A stretch of DNA of 64,000 nt from Heterodontus francisci. Lineage: Eukaryota. The notes under the pieces are model-generated. The model made no database searches and was not told the DNA's origin. It was given only the letters and a program-made list of their open reading frames with translations. Of the stretch, positions 50,285-59,980 are shown piece after piece; positions within the stretch are counted from its first letter, which is position 1; each line of letters starts with the position of its first letter. A program made the position numbers and the translations under genes. Location of the stretch: positions 79,903,198 through 79,967,197 of the forward strand of contig NC_090377.1 of assembly GCF_036365525.1 (NCBI RefSeq), written 5' to 3'.

Positions 50285-51395
50285 CATACAAACATACGAA
50301 TTAGGAGCAGGAGTAGGCTACTCGGCCCTTTGAGCCTACTCTGCTATTCAATAAGTTCATGGCTGAACTGATTACTCCACATTTCCACCTACCCCCGATA
50401 ACCTTCCACCCCCTTGCTTATCAAGAATCTATCTACCTCTGCCTTAAAAATATTCAAAGACTCTGCTTCTACCACCTTTTGAGGAAGAGAATTTCAAAGA
50501 TTCACGACCCTCTGCGAGAAAAAATATTTCCTCATCTCTGTCTTAAATGGGCGACCCCTTATTTTGAAACAGTGATCCCTAGTTCTAGATTCTCCCACAA
50601 GGGGAAACATCCTTTCCACATCCACCCTGTCAAGACCCCTCAGGATCTTTTTGTTTCAATCAAGTCGCCTCTTACTCTTCTAAATTCCAGCAGATACAAG
50701 CCTATCCTGTCCAATCTTTCCTCGTAAGGCAGCCCGCCCATTCCAGGTATTAGTCTAGTAAACCTTCTCTGTACTGCCTCCCAACGCATTTACATCCTTC
50801 CTTAAATAAGGAGACCAGTACTGTACACAGTACTCCAGATGTAGTCGCACCAATGCTCTGTATAGCTGAAGCATAACCTCCCTACATTTGTATTCAATTC
50901 TCCTTGTGATAAACAATAACATTCTATTTGCATTTCTAATTACTTGCTGTACCTGCATACTAACCTTTTGCAATTCATGCACTAGGACATCCAGATCCCT
51001 CTGCATTTCAGAGCTCTACAATCTCTCACCATTTAGATAATATGCTTCTTTTTTATTCTTCCTGCCAAAGTGGACAATTTCACACTTCCCTACATTATAC
51101 TCCCTTTTCCAGGTCTTTGTCCACTCACTTAACCTCTCTATATCACTTCGTAGCCCCCTATGTCCTCTTCACAAGTTACTTTCCTACCTATCTTTGTGTC
51201 ATCAGCAAATTTAGCAATCTTACCTTTAGTACCTTCATCTAAGTCATTTATATAAACTGTAAGACGTTGCGGCCCCAGCACAGATCCCTGTGGCATACCC
51301 TCATTTATATAAACTGTAAGACGTTGCGGCCCCAGCACAGATCCCTGTGGCATACCACTCGTTACATCTTGCCAATCAGAAAATGACCCATTTAT
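50285..51395 (-). mobile_element. 5'-truncated CR1 LINE
   Basis: PQGSVLGP, KFADDTKIG, QRDLDVLVH..LVRLHLEYC; 3' tail at 50285. Confidence 0.92.
51244..51356. repeat. 57-bp tandem duplication inside CR1 RT
   Basis: TCATTTATATAAACTGTAAG..GGCATACC occurs twice; peptide MPQGSVLGPQRLTVYIN repeated. Confidence 0.95.
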
Positions 51396-51474
51396 GGTAG
51401 ATTATAAAAATCAAGGAATCAAGTTTTCACCCATGAATGATTTTTCTGAGCCTCACATGAAAAAGAATACTCAC

Positions 51475-51777
51475 CAACTGGGTCTACAGCTTTGATCCCT
51501 GGAGTTATTCTTGAAGGTTCACTAATTCCAGCAATATTCTCAGCACGTGCACGAAACTGGTATTGATTTCCTTCTTCAAGATTTTTTACAGTATAAGATA
51601 GAACAGGAACCAAGTACTCATTGCATCTCTCCCATTTGTCACTTCCTTTAGCTATCTTTTCTATGATATAGCCCATGATCTTACAGCCACCATCATAAAG
51701 AGGTGGTTTCCATGTGAGTGTTACTGATTTTGATGTTGGATCTTGCGTCTCAAGATCAATTGGTGGATCAGGGCGTT
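51475..51777 (-). CDS. TTN: Titin exon, Fn3 A3, 303 nt
   Basis: AG/GTGAGT; RPDPPIDLETQDPTSKSVTLTWKPPLYDGGCKIMGY. Confidence 0.95.
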
Positions 51778-51810
51778 CTGAGGAAAATTAAAAACATAAA
51801 CTAATAATAT

Positions 51811-52866
51811 TGCTATGCACAGAAGGAGCCATGATGAAATCGACAAAGAAATGGAAGAATTATGAATTTAAAAATGTCAACTGTTAAACAAAACCACAAG
51901 AACATGGACACTTGTACCACAATCAAAATGAAGTAGCAGTCACCTATACTGGAAATCAACAAACCTATCTACAAGGATGGAACTCAGTAACCTATTGAAA
52001 TTATTCTTGGGATAACCCCTTTAAGTTGAAAATAGCACTATAGTATATTAATGACTCTTATCGACATGACTAAACTAAGAAAGGATTCTGGAGCCAGATG
52101 GACTCACAGCGCAAACCAAAATTGAATAGATGTGAAACAGAACCGTGTTAACAGAATTATCTCCATTCAGACATCAATCAATAGCCATGATCTCCACATC
52201 CTGGTCTATTGTGTGATCACACCAGGGGAGCGGACCATGTGTCTCCCAACAGAAACCCTAATGGGATGATTTTTTTAACCTTAAAAAGGTAACCGTCTGG
52301 AGAGAGAGGGGGCGAGCAACCCAACACCTTCAGAAAGTGGTCCAGCCAGGAGTTGCAAAAGAGCTCCAGCCAGGCAAAGAAGAAGCTCTGCTGCTAATTC
52401 TACACTTCAACTTGCTGCAGCAGAGAATTTAAAGTGACCTCCACCTCTAGGCTGTAATTTTAACCACCAGAAAATCTACAAAACCTCAACAAGTTCAAGA
52501 CTACAAACACTCACGCTTGCACCTTTAAAAGACACTGCCCTCCTGGGAAAATTCAACAGGTTTACTGTAAACCACAAACATCTACCTTACATCAAACTTT
52601 AAATTACTTACCCTTTTTCTCTCTATCTATCCATTCTTGTGTATATGTGTGTGAGTGAATGTGTGCATGGGTAAGGTTGCAACCATTTCGGGAATTGTTT
52701 AAAAGTAGTTATCTTTTTTTAACCTATGAGAAAACCTGTCATTTGTCTGTTTATTTGACCTGAAAGACTCTCAGGGGCTAACATAGCATTTTAACAAAAT
52801 ACGATTGCAGTCAGTTGGGAGGTGAACAGTGGGAACCACCCACATCCCCGCCACCTCTCCGTAACA
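51811..52866 (+). mobile_element. Solo LTR, 1056 bp
   Basis: TGCTATG...CGTAACA termini; ATAT TSD at 51807-51810 and 52867-52870; GT-rich tract and GAAAACCTG block as in LTR 2316-3354. Confidence 0.78.
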
Positions 52867-52936
52867 ATATACAAGATATTACAATGATTACAGATTAAAC
52901 ATATTTTGTGATTGTTTTCTTCCCCAAAATACTTAC

Positions 52937-53236
52937 GCTTTTGATCCTCTGCGATAACTGGGTTACGTAGCTCAGTGAATTCACCACCACCAATTTTGTT
53001 AACAGCCTTCACACGGAAATAATATTCACAATTTGGAATAAGATCTTTTACTGGCCAGCTCAGTTTATTCTCACCAGACATTACTGGTGTATATGTTCTT
53101 CTACCAGACTCCCGACGTTGAAGAACATAATGCAAAATTGGGCTTCCGCCATCATAGTCTGGAGGATCCCAGGTTATCTTGCAAGAACTCTTGGTGACAT
53201 CACTCGCTCTGATATCTTTACACCGGCCAGGCAATC
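52937..53236 (-). CDS. TTN: Titin exon, Fn3 A2, 300 nt
   Basis: AG/GTAAGT; LPGRCKDIRASDVTKSSCKITWDPPDYDGGSP. Confidence 0.95.
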
Positions 53237-53340
53237 CTTAATTAAAACAAAGGAAAGCATATTCTTTTAATCTGAAAATAAACTTTTCAGACAAGAAGAT
53301 AATTAAGTAAGTCTCTCTCCATTTCATTTCAGATTATTAC

Positions 53341-53619
53341 CTATGACTTTAACATTAATGGTGCCTGTCGTTGAACCCAGTTTGTTCTCCAAAGTAATAG
53401 TGTAAACACCAGCATCAGCATGAACACTGTTCGTAATCTCAAGGGATGCAAGGGTATAGGCACTTTTCATAGTCACTCTGTCATCTGCTTTGAGTTCCTT
53501 TCCATTCTTAAACCATGAAATAGTTGGTACTGGTACAGCTCTAAAAGATACGGGGATGTTCAATTTCTCACCCTCCACAATAATTATATCTTGAGTCTGT
53601 ACTTCGATACTTGGGTTAC
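53341..53619 (-). CDS. TTN: Titin exon, Ig A1, 279 nt
   Basis: AG/GTAATA; PSIEVQTQDIIIVEGEKLNIPVSFRAVPVPTISW..DAGVYTITLEN. Confidence 0.95.
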
Positions 53620-53727
53620 CTATTAAAATAAATAATTTTAAGTATAATGCAAAATACAATTCTATTTATAGAAGAACTACAATTTAAGATTGAGAAATGG
53701 AACATTTCAAAAGAAATTTGTTCTTAC

Positions 53728-54033
53728 AGTCAGAATCCTTTGCCACAACATTTTCTGAAACTTCTGATGGATCACTTGCTCCAATGGCATTAACAGCCCT
53801 AACTCGCAGAATATATTCCTTATCAGGGATAATGCCTTCTTCTGCTTTATATTTCAGTTCCTTTATTGGGCGCGAATTAACTCTCATCCATTTCTCTGTT
53901 CCTACTTCGCAAATTTCAATATGATAGCCAATAATAGGGCTACCACCATTTTTATCTGGTGGTTTCCATTCAATAGATATGTGATCTCTGCTTGCATCCG
54001 TCACATGCAATTCAAGAGGAGGAGATGGAGGAC
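53728..54033 (-). CDS. TTN: Titin exon, Fn3 (about I118), 306 nt
   Basis: AG/GTAAGA; HVTDASRDHISIEWKPPDKNGGSPIIGY. Confidence 0.95.
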
Positions 54034-54132
54034 CTAGACAGAACCAATATTACATTCAATATTATCTGCTATTTCTTTTCAAAATTTAAAGGAATTCACA
54101 TGATAACATTTTTACTTGCAGTTTCTACTCAC

Positions 54133-54329
54133 TAGTTGGATCTTCAATTGTAAGCAAATCAGTTGGTTCACTTGGATGCCCACAGCCAGCTTCATTTTCA
54201 GCACGGACTTGGAATTGTACATCTGTGCCCTCAATTACATCAGTGACTCTGTAATTGCATTCTGGTCCCGCAGTCTTCCCAGCTTTAACCCAGCGAGTTC
54301 CTAATTTCTCTTTCTTTTCAATTACATAC
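54133..54329 (-). CDS. TTN: Titin exon, second half of Fn3 (about I117), 197 nt
   Basis: Not in ORF track; aaAG/GTGAGT; YVIEKKEKLGTRWVKAGKTAGPECNYRVTDVIEGTDVQFQVRAENEAG. Confidence 0.92.
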
Positions 54330-54433
54330 CTTTGTGAACATTCAATATCATTTATTAGTGTATATATAGTAACATTATAAAAAAATCCACTGTGATGGTA
54401 CAGTGCACTAAATAAAAATAGAACTAAAATGAC

Positions 54434-54539
54434 CTCTGTATTGGTCTTCCACCATCATTTTTGGGAGCCTCCCATTTCAGTTCAACATGTCTCTTGGTTA
54501 CATCAACGACAGTAAGAGCGTAAGGTGGTCCAGGAGTTG
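54434..54539 (-). CDS. TTN: Titin exon, first half of Fn3 (about I117), 106 nt
   Basis: Not in ORF track; gcAG acceptor, weak GTCATT donor; TPGPPYALTVVDVTKRHVELKWEAPKNDGGRPIQ; 106+197=303 nt with next exon. Confidence 0.9.
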
Positions 54540-54640
54540 CTGCAGAGAAATCGCAGTATATGTGTAAGATAAAAAGAATTCAAAGTAGCAAATAATTATA
54601 CACAGGGAAAGGGACAAACAATATCCACAGAAGAACTTAC

Positions 54641-54940
54641 TGAAGGTATCTTTAGCAAGTACTGAGTCTTCCAGTTCACAGTATTCACTTTGTCCAATTG
54701 CATTTTCTGCAGCAACCCGGAATACATACAGAGAACCTTCTGAAAGAGGTGTAACTGTGGACTTGATGTCTTTTACTGTTGTGTCAACAGTCTGCCAGCC
54801 CTTTCGTCTTACATCTCTTTTTTCCACAATATAGTTTGTAATTGGAGAGCCACCATCCTTTTCTGGTGGTGTCCATTTGAGATCGGCAGAATTTTTTGTG
54901 ATATTAACAACTTCAAGCCAACGTGGAGGTGAAGGAGGAT
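54641..54940 (-). CDS. TTN: Titin exon, Fn3 (about I116), 300 nt
   Basis: AG/GTAAGT; PPSPPRWLEVVNITKNSADLKW. Confidence 0.95.
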
Positions 54941-55053
54941 CTGTGGGGAAGAAAAAAATTCCCATGTATAAAAGATTATGAAATTTAGCATTGATTATGG
55001 TTATTTAAAGTTGCTATGTAATTTATGAAATATATAGATTGTATGTAACTTAC

Positions 55054-55353
55054 TCAATCTATCCTTGCACAGTACAGGATCACTGGGTTCACTCGGTTCA
55101 CTTTCACCAACTTTATTAACAGCTTTAATACGGAATGAGTATTCTTGTTTTTCCATAAGCCCTTTCAGGAAATATTCAGTCATAGGAACACCTTCAGCGA
55201 CTCTAACCCAGTCCTCTGTTCCACTCTTCAGTAACTCAATAACATAAGACTCAATCTTTGCCCCTCCGTCATGTTCTGGTTTATTCCAGTTTAAGAACGC
55301 TGAAGTCTTCATGACATCTTTAACATTTGGCTTTCCAGGAGGCCATGGTGGGT
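55054..55353 (-). CDS. TTN: Titin exon, Fn3 (about I115), 300 nt
   Basis: AG/GTAAGT; PPWPPGKPNVKDVMKTSAFLNWNKPEHDGGAKIESY. Confidence 0.95.
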
Positions 55354-55581
55354 CTATCAATTAATTACATGAAAAATTGGTCAATTCTTAGGTAAACAGA
55401 ATATGGTCAATTCTGAAAGGCCTTGCACACAGCCAGCAGATATTGGAAAATTGCAGGTATAATTTTTCTGATCCTTGCTGGCTTCTTGCGAGATCCTATT
55501 GGTGGTGGAGTGTCTAACAAAATTTACCCTAATATATAAACAATTATGAAATTTCATTTGGGAAGAAATTTGTGCACATAC

Positions 55582-55697
55582 CGATAGGATCTTTCACCAG
55601 TATTGGGTCTGTTTCTTTGCTAGGTTTGCCGGTACCAGCTAGATTCTCTGCCCGAACACGGAACTTGTACTTCTTCTTTGGAGTAAGTCCTTTCACT
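55582..55697 (-). CDS. TTN: Titin exon, C-terminal part of an I/A-junction Fn3 (about I114), 116 nt
   Basis: caacAG acceptor, GTATGT donor; VKGLTPKKKYKFRVRAENLAGTGKPSKETDPILVKDPI. Confidence 0.9.
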
Positions 55698-55949
55698 CTG
55701 TTGGTTGCATAATATGCATGTGCACATGTCAATTTGTTTGCAATGCCTCTATCTAATTTACTTGTATCTGTAATACCCATAATGACAGGATCATAGTTAA
55801 CTGTTTGTACTATCAGCAATCACATTCTACCACTGTCAAAAATTCTGAGCGGTCATATTCTCCCTAAATTTTTCTCCCTTTTCTGCATCAACAAAACTTA
55901 CCAATCACAAGTCACAATTCACAAATTCAGAAACTAATTAGAAAATCAC

Positions 55950-58100
55950 ATAACAACAATTTACATTTATATAAAGCACTTAACATAGTAAAATGTTCCA
56001 AGGCGCTTAACAGGAGAATAACAATAAAATTATTTTTGATACTGAGCCATTGAAGGAGAAATAAGGGCAGATAACCAAAAGTTTGATCAAACACGTACGT
56101 TTTAAGGAGCATCTCAAAAGAGCCCCTCATGACTGCAGGATGTCCTAAAACACTTTACAGTGAATGAAGTAGTTTTGAAGTGTAGTCACTATTGCAATGT
56201 AGGAAAGGCAGCAGCTAACCTGCACACATCAAACTGCCATAAACAGCAATGTGGTAATGTCCAGATAATCTGTTTTAATGACGTTGATTGAGAGATAAAG
56301 AGGAGCAGAGAGGTGGAGAGGTAAGTACAGCTGCCAATGGTGGAGCAATTAAAAGCAGGAATGCACAAGAGCAAGAATTAGAGCAGCGCAGAGATTGCGA
56401 AGGCTTATAGGGCTGGAGCAGGCTGCAGAGATAGGGAGGGATGAGATCATGGAGGGATTTGAAAATAAGGACGAGGATTTTAAAATTAAGGTGTTGTCAA
56501 ACAGGGAGCCAATGAAGATCAGCAAACACAGGGGTGATGGGCGCATGAGTTTTGGAGCGAGCTAAGATATGGGCAGCAGGGTTTTGGATGAGCACAAGTT
56601 TATGTAGGGTGGAAGCTGGAGGTCAGCCAGGAGAGCATTGGAATAGTCAAGCCTGGAGGTAACATAGGCATGGATGAGGGTTTCAACAGCAGATGAGCAG
56701 GGTCGGAGTCAAATGATGTTACCGAGGTGGAAGTAAGCAGTCTTGGTGGTAATGCAGATATGTGGTCAGAAACTCATCTCAGGGTCAAACACAACACCAA
56801 AGTTGTGAACTGTCTTGGTAAGCTTAAGACATTTACCAGTAATGGAAATGGTGAACAAGAAACAGAGTTTGTGATGGAGACCAATATATAGTTGGAGAAA
56901 ATTTTTACTTATCCAAAATTAAATGTCGAACAAGCAATGTAACAAAACAGAGACTATGGAGATGTCCAAGGAGGTGATAGTGAGATAGAGCTGAACGTCA
57001 TAAGTATACACATGGGAACCTGATGTTGTATTTTCTTATATTACTGGGGTAGAATGTAGATAAGAAATAGAAGGTGGCCAAGGATAAATCCTTGGGAAAC
57101 TCTAGAGATAACCGAAGAGAAGCCATTGTAGGTGATTTTCTGTCCACGATTAGATAGATAGGAATGGAACCAAGCAGATCCCTCCAGTTGGACAACAGAG
57201 GAGAGGTGTTGGAGGAGGATGATGTGATCAACTGTGTTTAAAGCTGCAGATAGGTCAAGAAAGATGAGAAGGGTAGGTTATCACAGTCACAAAGAAATCA
57301 GCACAGATTTAACACATGCAAGGACTTGGGAGAGGAAAGGGAAGTTGGAAAAGGGGGCAGTAGTTTACAGATACAGAGTGGTCAAGTTCCGAAGAAGGGT
57401 CACTGACCCGAAACGTTAACTCTGCTTCTCTTTTCACAGATGCTGCCAGACCTGCTGAGTGGTTCCAGCATTTCTTGTTTTTATTTCAGAGTGGTCAAGA
57501 GTAGGTTATTTGAGAAGAGGAGTCAAACACCAGATTAGAAGGGTGGTGGGGACAGCACCTGAACAGAAGGAACTGTTAGTTATCAGTTAACATGAGGCTC
57601 AGAAAGGTAAGTTGTGTGGTCAACTGATTGGTTGGAAAAGGATCGAGGGAGCAGGAGGTGGGTCTCATGGACAAGATAAAGTTGGGGCAAGCACTACAGC
57701 AGATGGGATAGAAATAAATGAGTTCATGGCTAGGGCACCAGGGAACTTTTGGGGAAGTATGTCCCAAAGGGTTATGGGAAGGGATGGAAGCAGCAGAGGC
57801 AGCTGAACAGATGGTCTCGATCTTTGTGTCATTAAAGTCTATGAGCTCCTTGCACTTATTGTTAGAGGCGAGAATGGAGAAGGCATGGTAGGGTGGTTTA
57901 AAAAGATGGTTTGCAGTAGAGAAAAGAAGGCAGGGATTATCTCTGCACTCCTGGACGATATTTGAATAATGAACAGTTTTAGCAATGGAGAGCATAGCCC
58001 AATAGTGCTTTTTCCACATAAACAACCACAATAACCCAATATGCAGAGAAAATAATTTTTCCACACTCTACATGCCCATCAGGCATCAAGACAGTTGCTT
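55950..58100 (-). mobile_element. Decayed L2-clade LINE, with a Deu-SINE-like piece at about 56135-56298
   Basis: MRPTSCSLDPFPT, GVSQGFILGHLLF remnants; 3' end GTGCTTTATATAAATGTAAATTGTTGTT. Confidence 0.75.
57387..57486 (+). mobile_element. 100-bp Penelope-terminus-derived insertion with hammerhead-like motif and 13-bp TSD
   Basis: TSD CAGAGTGGTCAAG at 57374-57386 and 57487-57499; 3 differences in 104 nt from 33347-33450. Confidence 0.88.
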
Positions 58101-59059
58101 ATTCCTTCTCAGGTAGATATCTGCTTTAGTCCACTCCTTAGTCCAGACCCTACTCTTTGTTGCGCTCCATTGCTTCAGCTCACAATTCCCGTTCCTAACT
58201 CTAGTATTTGCACCCCATTCCAGGTTTTATTTCCCACTAACTTGAGTCCCATACTTGACCTTGGCATCAGCAAATGGGGAGGCTAGAGCCGGGAGATGGT
58301 TATCTGCAGACCCTGACCCTTATTTACAAAATATAGATTGAAGTCCTCATACTGCAAAAATGCAGAATTTCTACTATATGATTTTACAGTAAGTGTGGGG
58401 TCTCAAGGAGGTGATCATATTTTAAAAAAAACAGTGTTATGGAAGCAAAGTTTCATGATGGTACCACCTTAGAGGATTCATATATTTATACCCCACCACA
58501 CCACTACCCACCCTGCACTTCTCCACTGGCTCTGACTTCTCTGCTTGCTCCTTGCTGGCTCTAGGCAAGTCCCCATGGTCCATTCACTCTTTTCCAGTTT
58601 GGCCTCCTGCTAACTCCCTCCTAGTTGCAGGTAACCCTCATCACTCTTTCCTGGCCCATTTTCCCAACCACTCTCTCTAACTCAGCCTCCCTTTTTCCCT
58701 CTTCTCCATGTAGACAGAAGCCTACCCCTCCACTTTGTCATTCCAGGCCCCGTCTTTGAAGGAAGGAGATAGTAATATTAATATCGTTGCACTATTAAGT
58801 TACAGGTGTATTATAAATGGAAGTTCTTATTTCTTTTTCTTACGGAGATATAGCAAGGAACACAGTGGCGTTATTTTCATCTTCACCATCTGGTGGAAGG
58901 GTTTGCCTGGCCTTTATAGTACAGGCCTAATTTTCATTTCATTAAAATTAAATGAACTAAAATTTGGCAGGTTGTATAATGAGTGGGCAATTTGTTCTGC
59001 TAGACTGCTGCCTACGTGTTAAAGAATTCCTTAAAGTGGGTGATCAAACAAGTTGGCCA

Positions 59060-59760
59060 GGAGTTTATCTGGCCAATGGCAGGTCTCAACCACTGGCTAA
59101 AGCACTGGCAAGAGCATCTTCTGGGGAAGGCCCATGGATTTCGTGCCAATTAGGTACTTCAGTGGAGAGGGGCGGGCCTTCCCCATGATTAAGGACCCTA
59201 GCAACTGAAGCCCCGCTTGCTGAGAGCTGTCGGACAATCAGAAGAGGCAGTGGCTGCTGCAGGCACTGAACTCACCGGAAGTGCTGGACCCAGATCACAG
59301 GTGAATTGGGGGCGGGAGGGGTTTCACGGGGTGGGGATCATGGGGGAGGGGGATGTAGGGGGGTTGGCAGCAAGGGCAGGGGGGGGTGGCTCTCAGCAGG
59401 TACGCACCCCACCCCCCCCACCTTCCCGATGCCTGGTCCCTCGATCAGGTACTGTGCCTATTAACAAGGGAGCCCCAACACCCCCACCCCAAAGCTGGCA
59501 AGCAACGTGCTCCCCGTGCAGCGACAGGCCTGCCTGCACTAGGCTAGTACCAGTGCCGGTGGGATGAGACCCTTAATTGGGCATTAATTGCCACTTAAGG
59601 GCCTCAATTGGTGGTGGTGTGGGAAACCCATTCACAGGCCTCCCCCCCCACCCCGACTTAATTTGGGTGGAAGTGGAAAGGTGGTGGGGTCCCATCCCAC
59701 TCGCTTAAATGTTCTCCCCGCCTCCAAACCTGCCCTGGGGGAGAGCATACGGCTCCCCAT
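59060..59760. mobile_element. GC-rich MITE, same family as 42277-42924
   Basis: Shared GTGCCAAT.AGG.ACTT, GGGCCTCAATTGG and CCTCCAAACC..GGGGGAGAG blocks; ends degenerate. Confidence 0.6.
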
Positions 59761-59980
59761 GTTATGTGGGATGGAAGACACAATAATCTCACATTCACTC
59801 TGGATGCAGCAGACGTGACTCCAAAAAATAATTTTTTCTTTTCCAGATTTTATTAAATACTTAAAAAAAGAAAGAGAAAAATTTAAAGATTGCGTATGAG
59901 GTACACAAACATACTGAGAAATATACACAGGATACAAGGGAAATGAGGAAAGTGAGAATTACAGAAAAAGGGACAATATG

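Larger units (their letters stand above)
4223..55697 (-). other. TTN: Titin gene, internal segment (56 coding exons: I/A junction, D-zone, start of C-zone); gene continues past both window ends
   Basis: Run of ~300-nt GT-AG exons encoding Fn3 (PGPP..W.PP..DGGS.I.GY..E..Y.FRV.A.N..G) and I-set Ig domains in titin's 7- and 11-domain super-repeat order; peptides such as [57 protein letters not shown] recognised as titin. Confidence 0.98.

Noticed and set aside
54428-54440. Non-canonical or U12-type splice site
   Set aside because: Donor GTCATT is weak but still GT; all boundaries I resolved are GT-AG and no U12 consensus was seen
4215-55247. Many plus-strand ORFs overlapping titin exons (for example 8178-8501, 20032-20385, 25717-26079, 47338-47670, 48096-48434)
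   Set aside because: Antisense shadows of the coding exons with no independent domain signal
4223-55697. CRISPR-like or satellite array suggested by the regular ~400-nt periodicity
   Set aside because: The periodicity is exon-intron spacing of diverged Fn3/Ig domains; no identical repeats with spacers, and the DNA is eukaryotic
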